64,000 nt of DNA, taken from contig OX638150.1 in the NCBI GenBank assembly GCA_951804945.1, forward strand, positions 50,406,001 to 50,470,000, read 5' to 3'. Positions 50,970 through 61,875 of the stretch are shown here, in pieces. Origin of the DNA: Podarcis cretensis (taxonomy: Eukaryota). Every line of letters begins with the position of its first letter. The first letter of the stretch is position 1. A program made the position numbers and the translations under genes. Below the pieces are notes generated by a model. It was not told where the DNA came from. It saw only the letters and a program-made list of their open reading frames with translations, and made no database searches.

Positions 50970-51639
50970 AATCCCAAAGTAGTTAAGAACAAATAGATCA
51001 CAAAAAGTAGCAGCTAAATTACAGATCGCTCCAGTCATAAGTGAAAACAAAATGAAAATTTATTAATATCAAGCCTGAATGTTGGTTCCTTGCAAAGCCA
51101 ACTGGGGAGGAAATTCCAGAAATGTGGAACCATCACTGAAAAAGTATTATCTGTGGTCTTCAACCACCACGAAGAATAGCATCTAAAGGAGAGCTTCCAA
51201 ATGCACATTTTAGAGGCCAAGACAAGTTCATATGGGAGGTGGTGGTGGTGATTTGCTTAGTATATCACTGCACAGAATCTGTGTACCTGTGTACATGGTG
51301 TGATGTTTCAACTAGCCTTCACTTTTATTTCTGAGATACCACAACATTGTGCACTAAATAGCTCTGCATGAGAGGAAGAACTTCCCTCATTAAAAATGCT
51401 TCATTAAAAATGTTGGCATTGGCTTTTTGGCATAAACAGTGTAGCATTGTTACAGAAACTGTTTTTGGCTGTTTTATCTGCTATATAATTAATTGCTTAC
51501 TCCCAGATTTGTTTGCGAAGGAGAACAACAGAAAGGCTTACACAACAAGTGCAGGTCCCAAGTCCATTGTACCCAGTCTCTTTACTCAGAAAGGAAGTAG
51601 CTGTATGTCCCATGGTTATCCACTGGGCTCTGTCCAGGT

Positions 51640-51797
51640 TTAATAATATTGATGATGATGATGATGATGATGATAATAATAATAATAAATTATTTGTACC
51701 CTGCCCATCCGGCTGGGTTTCCCCAGCCACTCTGGGTGGCTTCCACAAAGACCAAAAATACACTAAGATGTCACACATTAAAAACTTCCCTGAACAA
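51640..51797 (-). mobile_element. L2-clade LINE 3' end with (ATC)n/(ATT)n tail
   Basis: CCCATCCGGCTGGGTTTCCCCAGCCACTCTGGGTGGCTTCC is shared with the 13975 copy; (GAT)n(AAT)n microsatellite at about 51650-51688. Confidence 0.7.
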
Positions 51798-52605
51798 GCA
51801 GGTTTAGTTTGTTCACCTCGACAATCCACCCATCAGCTGCCCTTTCTAGCTATGTAAACCAAGAACACACTTCCACTATCACTGGCATTCTGGGAGACAC
51901 ATAAGTTAAGCAAGATGCAGGCTGCGAACAACAGAGTAACATCATTTGAGAAATATATCTACCTTCCTTAATAGCTACAAACACATTGAAAGCTTGTGAT
52001 AAATGACTAGTGTGGCAGCTTTGAGGGTCAGCAAATTGGAAATCCAAGGAAATGGAAAATGAAAGAGCCGCCTTTGAAATACTGTCCAGTACTAGAAAAG
52101 ACAATTTAGGGTGAGTGCAAGGTATCCTTAGCTGACCTGATAAGCTCCCTTCCTCCTGTACAGTGCTCAATTATTTTTTGATGGTTAGGAAAAAATTTCC
52201 TGAAAATATAATGAATGATTTTATTCTGTCTCTGGAGACTTTCTTCTCCAGGGCTCAGCTTAATGTGGGGGGTGGGGGGAGAAATGTAAAAACTGGAGAG
52301 AAGATTAAAGGAAAGCCATATGAAGAGAACAAGGTATTTCTGGTGAACTGTAGTCCTTGAAAGAAGCTAGTCGATTACATCAGAGAGCAACAGGAGGACA
52401 TATTTTAGAGCTGATTGCCCCATGTCATCAAATGACATTAGTAATAGATGTATAAAACCGCAACAAAAAAATTATAAGGATATCAATATACATCTCAGGC
52501 TCACGTTTTTACTTTGTCTGATTTGATGGTGAAAACTGTATTGGTGAGAATTTACAAAGTGAAAACAAGAAATGTTTGTCTGTTGCACACTGTTTTTTCT
52601 CTTAA

Positions 52606-52974
52606 AAAGTTAAAGGTAAAGGTAAAGGCCCGTATGGGCCAGTCGTGTCCGACTCTAGGGTTGCGCGCACATCTCGCTTAAGAGGCCGGGAGCCAGCGCT
52701 GTCCGAAGACACTTCCGGGTCACGTGGCCAGTGTGACGAAGCTGCTCTGGCGAGCCAGCACCAGCGCAGCACACGGAAACACCGTTTACCTTCCTGCTAT
52801 AAAGCGGTACCTATTTATCTACTTGTACTTAGGGGTGCTTTCGAACTGCTAGGTGGGCAGGAGCTGGGACCGAACGACGGGAGCTCACCCCACCATGGGG
52901 ATTTGAACTGCCGACCTTACGATCGGCAAGTCCTAGGCACTGAGGTTTTACCCACAGCGCCACCCGCGTCCCAC
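52606..52974 (-). mobile_element. Full-length Sauria SINE (Squam1-type)
   Basis: Minus-strand head GGGACGCGGGTGGCGCTGTGGGTAAAACC...GTTCAAATCCCC, (ACCTTT)n tail, 14-bp TSD GTTTTTTCTCTTAA. CpG-rich, so probably young. Confidence 0.9.
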
Positions 52975-55099
52975 GTTTTTTCTCTTAATTACCCCAATAT
53001 TTTTGTGCAGGTAAACCCTGCTTTGTCGTGAATGTTTAAACCTTGGCATTGCCTTCAAAGAAGGAAATATGGAGAATTTTAGCAGAATTACCCAAAGTGA
53101 GAGACAGGCAGCAGGAAAGAATATTGGTCTGAAATCTGTTTCATTATAGGATGCTATCATAAAATGTATTTTGAAGGCCAAGCTACTTTCTGCCATTTGC
53201 GTAGGAGGCAAAGCTAATACAAAGGAACCTAAAATCATAGCAGTCAAGAAAATTATGGCTCTGACTCACATAGAGCTTTTTAAAGGTCACATTAAAAACA
53301 GTGGGGCACCAGATTGACACCAAGTGGTCTTGTTTTGTCACACACCCCTCACAGCAACGCTTGTCTATTCCCCTAGTTTGTTTTGTGATGCTGCTTTACG
53401 TTGCTACATTTAATGCTTTGCTTCAGGCTGAGTCTTGCACTAAGTGGGTTAAGGTACCCTGCAATAAAACTTAGCAAGGGCTTTCTTAGCTCTGATCACA
53501 TTAAATCAGCCAGCAGGAGAGAGAAAAGAAAGCACATCTTCATATAAACACAAGATTTAAAGAATTCCATGTCATAGTAAATGGCTACGGTTACTAGGTA
53601 CTTTCTATTGCTTCTCTGGGTTGGCATGTTTGCTATCAGTCAATCCCTGAGTCCAATCCCTGTAGCATCTTTTTCCTCTGTGGAGACCCTGGACTTAGCA
53701 TCACCTGCCAGGGGCCATAAGAGACTGACACTCTTGCCCTCGACACACACAAACCCAGCATATTCCTGATAATATTCTAATGTAGTGCAGATTTGAAAGT
53801 TGTTTTGTGTGCCAATTGCATGTGGAATAAAGTAACTAGCATTGAAACATTGAAAAGGTGGCTTTTAAGAGAGATACAATGGGTAGGTCTTAACAAATGT
53901 AAGACATGTTGGCTTGATTAAACCTCTAGGTTCAGAAGCAATAAGCCTCTCAGCACTGGAGAAATTTGCCAACATTCGCAAATAATCAGGCACTATTGAA
54001 CTGTGAGGAACCTGTGGCCCTCCATGTATTGTTGGACTACAACTCCCATCAGTCCCACTCATCAAGGACTAATGGTCAAGTACAATGAGAGCTGTAATCC
54101 AGTAACACCTGAAGTTTTCTAGGTTCCCCATACCTAGCGTAATTGAACCTTCAGACAAGGTGTTCCATGCATTATTAATCCATTTTCACACTACAGAATA
54201 GGTCCAGCTACATATGGAATTCCATTGTCCTTCCAGTTTGTAGGAAAAATTCACTGGCATTATGTGCTCTACTCACAAGGAGGGAGCAGCAAAGATCTCC
54301 CTGTCTCATCGGATTGTAGGAATCTTGCTTTTGATAATTTTGCACAGCTAGAAGAAGTTACTCTTGACAACTGGCAGTTTCTCTTTTGTGGGTTTAGGGG
54401 TGAGTGGATGCTTGCAATTCTCCAGACTGGAATTGAATCTAAGCAGAAGAATTCAGGAACTTGCATTCCTCCCTTTGAATCAAGATTTTATGACTTCTGA
54501 TGCTGAAGCTAAAGACGTTTGCCAGCACCTGTAGAGTCATTTGCCGTGCAAGTATACATATACTAGATAGCATTATAATTCTTATATTTAACTATTTCAG
54601 CTTGGTTTCTTGTTGTTGTTCCTAGAGAAAGAAATCCTGCAAAATTTAGTAAAAGTCTGTATCAAAAGCTTTCTTGTTGTTCAGATAAAGGAAATAGTGT
54701 GTTTAAATTGATGCATCTTGACTTGAGTGCGATGAAAACTCATGTTTCATTACACTCATTGCTTCACAAACCTGCTGCTTAGAGCTGGAAGGAACTGAAA
54801 CCTAAACCTATCATTAGTAATTGTAAAATACAGGAATCAATCTAAACTAAGATGAGTACTTAAATTCTGTACAGTATGGAATGCATTCAATCATGCCCTT
54901 CAGCATAGTGCTGCTTATGATTTAAGTGTCCAAATATTTATATATAATAAATTCATAATGGCTGCACAGATTTCCCAGTTTGCACAGATGTATCATTCTT
55001 CTCACTGCAAACCCTCCTCTGTAGCTGTGGATGAAATTTGTTTTGAAAACAGCAGATATCAAAGAATAAATTACTGCTTACTGAAATAAATCTATATTT

Positions 55100-55275
55100 C
55101 ACGGTCGGAAGCATTAATGCTTCCGAATACCAGTTGCTGGAAACTGCAGCAGGGGAGAGTGCTCCTGTGCTTGGATCCCGCTTGCAGGTCCCCCCACAGG
55201 TATCTGATTAGCCACTGTGAGAACAAGACTTTGGCCTGGACAGGTCATTGGCCCGATCCAACAAACTCATCTTAT
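55100..55275 (+). mobile_element. Old SINE/CR1-tail fragment (similar pieces at about 42290-42415 and 45115-45170)
   Basis: Shared motif GCCACTGTGAGAACA(G/A)GA...TGGAC...TTGGCC(T/C)GA in three places. Confidence 0.5.
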
Positions 55276-56155
55276 ATAGCTGATTGGTGGCCGAGTTTTT
55301 TCGTCAGACACAAAAAGGCATAGGCAGTCACTGACTACATTTGACCCCCGGATAAAAAGACTTGGTTTTGCTTCTTTGGAAAGTCTTTCATGAGCCCTGA
55401 GAGCATGAAAGTGTCTCCAAACAATACCCTGTTGTTGTTTTGACACAGAGATCAGCATAGCTGGAGAGACCTTTACATTTTTGCCAATTCCTTAATGGTG
55501 TCTCTCCCCCACTTGTGACTCATCAGCATGACTTCCAGGTGACCACAAGCACTGGAAGTCATAACACATGCAATTTTAAACTTCAACACACAGTTTGGAC
55601 ACATGATGAGCCCTCAAAGAAAGGGGGATCCATGCTTTTGCTCTAAGACTTGCTTCTTGTCTTATTCCAGTGACACCTTTTTTTTTTTTAATGTATTCTG
55701 CAATTTAACTCCCCACCCCCACTTGCCCCAGCTCTAACCCCGCCCCCACAGTTTTAGGTAAGCAGAGTGGACCACAGATCACCATTAGACCAGTCTCTAT
55801 TATCAAACCCCAAGTAAAATTTACAACCACATAGGGACCTAACAAACACCTTCTTCATCAGTTCAGGAAGCTGAGAAAAAACCAAAACATAATTGCTCTC
55901 TGATGAAGCAGTGTGCACAGCAGGCATTCCTGAGCAGCTATGTTCGATCGTTAAAGAATCTCCAGCTGGGAGGAGGATGGATGGAAGCCTGCATGATGAA
56001 GCAAGCTTTTCTGCTGTTCAGTGGAGTTTAATCTTAGAGCCTCAGCATTTCCCAATTTTATATAAACAGGCCGAAGAAACACAATCTCCTCTGTTCCTTT
56101 GAAAGTTTTATGCAACTAATGCTAAGTAAAAAATTTAAGGTCATGAGCTCAAATA

Positions 56156-56397
56156 CAGTGATACCTCGGGTTACATATGCTTCAGGTTACATACGCTTCA
56201 GGTTACAGACTCCGCTAACCCAGAAATAGTACCTCAGGTTAAAAACTTTGCTTCAGGATGAGAACAGAAATCGTGCTCCAGCGGCACGGCAGCAGCAGGA
56301 GGCCCCATTAGCTAAAGTGGTGCTTCAGGTTAAGAACAGTTTCAGGTTAAGAACAGACCTCCAGAATGAATTAAGTTCTTAACCCAAGATACCACTG
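56156..56397 (+). mobile_element. Tc1/mariner (Tigger-like) MITE, copy 4 of 4
   Basis: TA-CAGTGATACCTCGGGTTA...TAACCCAAGATACCACTG-TA. Confidence 0.88.
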
Positions 56398-57174
56398 TAT
56401 TTGCCGGAAGGTTGACAATCTGTAGGTAACCCTACAAACCAGGAAAAATCCTTTTGTTATCTCAGCAACAATAAGAAATCCCCATGCCCGTGATCACTAA
56501 GATCAGGTGTCCTAATGCATCCCCCCCATGGAAGCTGCCCCAGCCATTCCGTTGGCTAGGGCCCACTCCCAGGGCAGCCCTGTCCCTCTCCCCTTAAAAA
56601 CAAATTAACTTATACAAATTAACTAATTTAGAAAAGACTAGACTTAGAGCACTGAGTCATGGAACTGAGTCATTTTTCTTTGATTTTTACTTGAACTGAT
56701 TTTCTGTTTGGATGTTTCTGGATCCCATATCCTGGACATAGGACTGATGCCTATTAACATATATTTTATACATGGTAAAAACTCTTTGGTTCTTCTGAGC
56801 ATCTGATTGATCTGTTCTTTACTGTTTCTTCTGGGAAACTGTACTGGATTTTTAGGTGATGTGTTGCTTCTTATGGTCACTGAGCCATGTTTAACAATGG
56901 ATGTAGAAAAGGTGGGCTATACATGTGACGGTAGCCAATGGGCTCAAACTCTCAATGAGTTAGGGACTGTCCTTGCATGCAAAGACAGGCTCTGGTGGAT
57001 TAAGTGGATGAGAGCAATAATGGGTCCAACAGCTGAAGGTGGTTTCTACATGGCTGTAGAGGGAAGTGAGGGGCAGGTGGGGCTCATCAACCTGGGAAGG
57101 TAGCCCATCTAGAAAAAGGAAAACTCTGACCCTAAACCTCCACTGCCTTGCAGAATATATTTGAGAGAATCAAA

Positions 57175-57518
57175 GGCTAAGGAGTAAACCCTGCAGAAAT
57201 CCAGAGTGGAATTTGTAAGGTGGTTGGATGGCATCTTGTATGCCTCCTTCCAGCAACTCCTGCTGCCAAACGTATCGTTCTGCTTTCCTTTGGACCACAT
57301 CAGCAAGACCAAGAGGGGGATCTTGTCATCTGGGTAGTACAGGACCTGAATTTACATTGCCCAGGCTTGTGCCCTGGAGAGGCTCCTTCGCTGTTGCTAA
57401 CACAGCAAAAACAATGTGGGAGGCAGCAGTTATTACCAGTCCCTGCAGCCACAGCAGGTGCTGTGATTCTCCAGCAGTTTGACTTCACCCCTGATGGTGC
57501 ACTCCATTGTCTCTCGAG
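57175..57518 (-). repeat. Interspersed repeat, copy B (inverted relative to 40388-40748; may extend left to about 56890)
   Basis: Reverse-complement blocks shared with copy A. Confidence 0.7.
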
Positions 57519-58323
57519 ATAGACAGATACCAGTAACAAATAAATAACAACTAGTAAAACTTTCAGTATTGTTCAATACCTGTTCAACTTGATGTGAGCT
57601 TTAAACAAAAGGCCTGTTAATAATAGACCACGTCTTACTCATTGTCTCCACAAAAACATTGTTATGCATCCTATAGTAACACTTCAGCCAGAAAAATTAC
57701 TGACTTGGTGCTTACAAAGTAAATGATTTAAATTGATATCTGTAAAATAATTCCTTAGGATCAAAACATTTTGATTGATTCCTTTGGAATCCCAGTGTGA
57801 CATACATATTAGCCCGTGCTGAGACTAGACAGTGGCACTGCACCATGTCTCTGATAGGTGCCTAAGGAATTTGCAAGGAATTTAATCTTGGCAGGACAAT
57901 CAACTTTAGTATTAACAAAATGCACATTTGTCAAGTACATCCAGGTGAACCATGCTACTAGATGAGATATCTCTGGTATCTGTGGAGACATTCCTTTCCC
58001 TTGACACCTTCTCTTTTCACAATACTCCTCTGCACTCATATGTTCTCCCTTTCCTCTTGTGCTCCACCATGAAGCTCCATTTATAGATCCCCTTCGCAGG
58101 ATACCTCTTTCATACCTGTTGCCATACTGAGAGCAGCAAGGAAGATTTGAGTGAGGGGAGGCCCATGGCTAACCCTCTGAAATGTGCACATGCCAGCTCT
58201 TCTAAATCAGGCCATAGCCCTGGCTACTTCAGTACAAAAAAATCCATCCCTGTTCCCCGTATAGTGGATGAAAACAGAATTATCCTTGCTTTTTTCTCAA
58301 CCCAGTTTTGAACAACCACTCAC

Positions 58324-58892
58324 CTTAGCACATGTGTAGATCCATTTATAGTAGTAGTGGAACAAGGGACTGTTTGCCCTAAGATGGAAGGCCTTCGGTA
58401 TCGTTCATCACCACAACACAGGATGATGAGGAAGGCACGTCTGAAAGACTTGTTCAAGAATGCATAAAGGAAGGGATTCAATCCTGAATTGATGTATCCC
58501 AGCCACAAAAAAGCAGTCCATATCTTTGCAGGAACTGCGTAATCTATGAAAGGGTCTATTATATTTGTGATGAAGAATGGTGCCCAGCATAAGCAGAAAC
58601 ACCCCATGATTATACAGAGGGTCTTGGCAGCTTTAGTTTCAGTCTTCATACGGTGAGTGCTGTGCTGGTCAGGGTGGTGTGGCCTCCCATCTGTTGGGGC
58701 CCCTGCACGCTGAAGACTCTGTATCTGATGAGCATGCTCCCTGGCTGTAATGTATATCCGGTAGTAGGCTAGCACCATTAGCAGAAACGGAATGTAGAAG
58801 GCAACCACAGAGCAGGTGATAGCATAGGGCTTGTTGACCATAAATATGCAGTAAGTTGAGTTGGACATACTGTTGAATTGCTTTTTCTCTAC
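58324..58892 (-). CDS. HTR4: 5-hydroxytryptamine receptor 4, large common exon (ECL2-TM5-TM6-TM7-proximal C-tail), 569 nt
   Basis: ORF 58320..58934 contains [36 protein letters not shown]...[23 protein letters not shown]...[31 protein letters not shown]...[12 protein letters not shown]. Acceptor catctccctcag|GTA at 58892. Donor CTAAG|gtgagt at 58324 is phase 2, the known branch point for the C-terminal variants. Confidence 0.98.
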
Positions 58893-59069
58893 CTGAGGGA
58901 GATGAACAAAAAAAGCAAAGAAAGACAAGGACATATTATAGCTTCTCTGATCATTAATTGTCTTCTCTTTGCTTCATTTGCCCATGTGTGGAATGAAAAA
59001 CAACACTGCTGAGAATCTGGAACTTTCCCCACCAACCCTTGTACCATTTCTCATTTCCCAGTTATTCCG

Positions 59070-59345
59070 TGTCTTTTGCGTAACCGGCAGAACCCACATT
59101 TCGGAACTCCCTGCCTATTGACACCAGGCAGGCACCCTAACTGTACTCATTTCAGTACCTGCTAAAAACATTTTTGTTTAGGCAAGCCTATCCAGACATG
59201 TAAAATGTAGGCGTGTGTTTTATTAATTGATTTTAAATATTTTTGAATGTTTAAAGTACTTGTTTTAAACTTTTTTTTACTGATCATTTTATTTCTTTAT
59301 TCTGTTTGTAAACCACTTCTATCAATCAAATGGTAAATAAATATT
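59070..59345 (+). mobile_element. Decayed L2-clade LINE 3' end
   Basis: GGAACTCCCTGCC...TGCTAAAAACATTTTTGTTTAGGCAAGCCT (WNSLP...LKTxLF-like ORF end), followed by a T-rich UTR and TAAATAAA. Confidence 0.55.
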
Positions 59346-60845
59346 GGGAAATAAAATTAATAAATATAGTTATGAATTGACCTATTAAATATTTTTTTCT
59401 CCATTTCTATTATCTTCCTTGAATGTTTTATGTTTATCATACAGTGAAGAAAATGTTTATTCTCTGACATTTAAATATCAGGATGAGTCGCAATTCAAAA
59501 TGTAATGGAACCTTTTTTGGGACAGACGATTACACAATGCCCAAATCTTCTTGTTATTGCTGAATCAATGCCCATACTGCAGATACTATATTGCACATGT
59601 GTGTATAGAAGCATAGTAGAGGAACGAAGGAATGTTAATTACTGATAGGCTGCTAAAGAAAATAATTCCATCAGTGGAATCTTACAGAAATGTGGCACCA
59701 AGCCTATTGCAATGGTTGTGACTGCTTGACTGCATAGAACATTCCTCTGCCTGCCCATCATTCCCTGCTAGTACTGATTGTGAAAGGCAGGGTGATGAAA
59801 AACCCCATCTCTTTCTTGACAGTTGTAGTAGTTCATGGTTGTAAATTAAATGGAGCATGAACTGAAAGCAGTTTTCAGAAAGTATCAGGTCTGAGTCTCA
59901 TGGGAAGAGTTGCCAACTGTCCCTTATGCTAAGCTGACAGCAAGCTTACTAGATGGTAAGGAGGATCAATTTAAAGAACTGTTATTATGAAAGGTGGCAT
60001 GTTGTCAATGCACAGAAGTAAAAACAACATTCACTGGAAGGAAGTCAATGGAAGGGAGGGGAAAATAGATAGAAGTAGAAAAGGTTCTTTCACAACATGT
60101 TAGCCAATGAGTTCTGAGGGTATCATGGATGTCACTGTGATCTGTCAGTCACTCAGTATCCCTGTCAGACCACAGCAGATATTCAGAGTGAGCATGTAAT
60201 CATTAATGTCTCCTTCAAGGACTTTCATGTAATTGTAGAGTTGGGAGGGACCCCAGGGATCATCTAGTCAGGGTCTCTTCCACTGTTTGGCCTAAATCAT
60301 AGCATGCAAAATGCTGCTCTCACTACACATTTAAATATTTGCTTTACCTTCTTCCTAATGGTTCAGAATGTCCAACATTATGTCCCACAGCCCAATAAAA
60401 AGCTTCTAAATCCAGACATTATGTACTTTGGCAACATGACCAATTCTCCCAGTTGCCTTTGTGGACCTGACCCACTGGGCTGAGATAATCCAAGGTTATG
60501 AAAGGGTTCCAGATTATGCTTCCAGATAAGGGAGATATATCTCTTAGGGTAGACTTAAATCTATCTTTTGAAAATCAGGGTAATACTAAACAAAATGTGG
60601 GTGTAAATACAGATCTGGGTGGCTGCTTTTCTTACTAAAATGCCACTTTGAAAGGCAGAAATTTGGAAGATAAAAGGGAGGGGAAAGCGCTGACTAGCCT
60701 TTCTACTGCTTTTCTGAAGTAACTGTCCTGCAGATATGCTTCTTCTTCATGAATTTGAGACAGGTGTTTACCTTTGCAAGCACACACCTGGAATTCCACA
60801 TAGCACCATATGTATGTAGAAGTGATTCAGAGGGAGCCACTATAG

Positions 60846-60983
60846 CAGCCTTTCTCAACCTGTGGGTCCCCAGATATTGTTGAACTACAACTCCCATCAC
60901 CCCTAGCTAGCAAGGCCAGAGCTCAGGGATGATGGGAGTTGTAGTCCAACAACATCTGGGGACTCACAGGTTGAGAACCGCTG
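60846..60983. mobile_element. Palindromic hAT-type MITE
   Basis: TIR CAGCCTTTCTCAACCTGTG/CACAGGTTGAGAACCGCTG; perfect 8-bp TSD CACTATAG. Confidence 0.9.
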
Positions 60984-61721
60984 CACTATAGAAAAGTGAT
61001 GATCAGAAGAAGGTTTACACATTCCCTCCCTACAGCACTTAGCTGCTTCCAATTGCTTGCTCTCAAAACTACTTCTAACTAACAAACAAAAGTGGTCCAT
61101 CAGGGTTTTGCTGTGCTAGATTCATGCAATATTTATTTCAGCCCTAAAAAGTTGTGAATGAACTACAGATCATCAATCACTTTGTAATGACTCGGTGCAA
61201 GGGACTCTGGATGAACTGCAACTTTACAGGAACTTCCATTTCTAGGATTCCATGAGCAAGACTTCATTCTCTTTAAATTCACAGTAATGTTATTTCATAG
61301 AATCACAGAATATTTTTGGAGGCTATCTAGAACCAACTCTGTCAACTTTAGCAACGAGTGGAACAAGTGAATCGAGTGAATGATAAAATATTCAGATCAC
61401 AAATGGAAAAGAATAGTGATGAGTTCTAGAGTGTGCACAAAGGTCAGAGTCATTTCAGTAAAATAAAGTGGCAGGTGGGGTTCAGATTTCCAAGGGAAGG
61501 TGATAAATTCCTAGGCACAGCAGCCAACACTATGACAGAAGTGAAATTGCCTTTCTGACCCTAGGTTTGGTAATATAAATGGTCTGGAAGCAATTTTGAA
61601 CTTCTCTTTCAATCTTCTTGGGTGAAACTGCACGCTATTTAAAGAGATGAGGGATTTTGGTCAATACAAGACCTGCTCATACAAAATTTAACTTCACACC
61701 AGACAACTAGGGTCTACTCAC

Positions 61722-61875
61722 CAAGTCCATGATGCCAATGCTATTCCATCCTTGCATTATAGGGAGAAAAGAAATAAACATTGGGATTACCCAGCAGCCA
61801 CCCAGCATTACAGCAATGCGCAGTGGTGTCATCTTATTCCTATAAACCAGCGGCTGGCAGCAGATAGCATAGTAC
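61722..61875 (-). CDS. HTR4: 5-hydroxytryptamine receptor 4, internal coding exon (end of TM3/ICL2/TM4/start of ECL2), 154 nt
   Basis: Minus strand reads ttctttcgtctttcag|G TAC TAT GCT ATC TGC TGC CAG CCG...GAC TTG|gtgagt = (R)[51 protein letters not shown], matching the 5-HT4 receptor segment after the DRY motif. AG/GT sites are canonical, and the phase-0 end joins the next exon in frame. Not in the ORF track. Confidence 0.97.

Noticed and set aside
53640-53766. Phase-2-compatible open stretch after an AG as a candidate novel HTR4 terminal exon
   Set aside because: The acceptor lacks a polypyrimidine tract and the peptide resembles no known tail.
58893-58934. N-terminal [14 protein letters not shown] of ORF 58320..58934 as a protein start
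   Set aside because: It is the intronic polypyrimidine tract and acceptor. The true exon starts at 58892 and is spliced from the 61722 donor.
58893-61721. 42-nt (h)-type ECL2 insert exon
   Set aside because: No matching in-frame mini-exon was recognised in this 2.8-kb intron.
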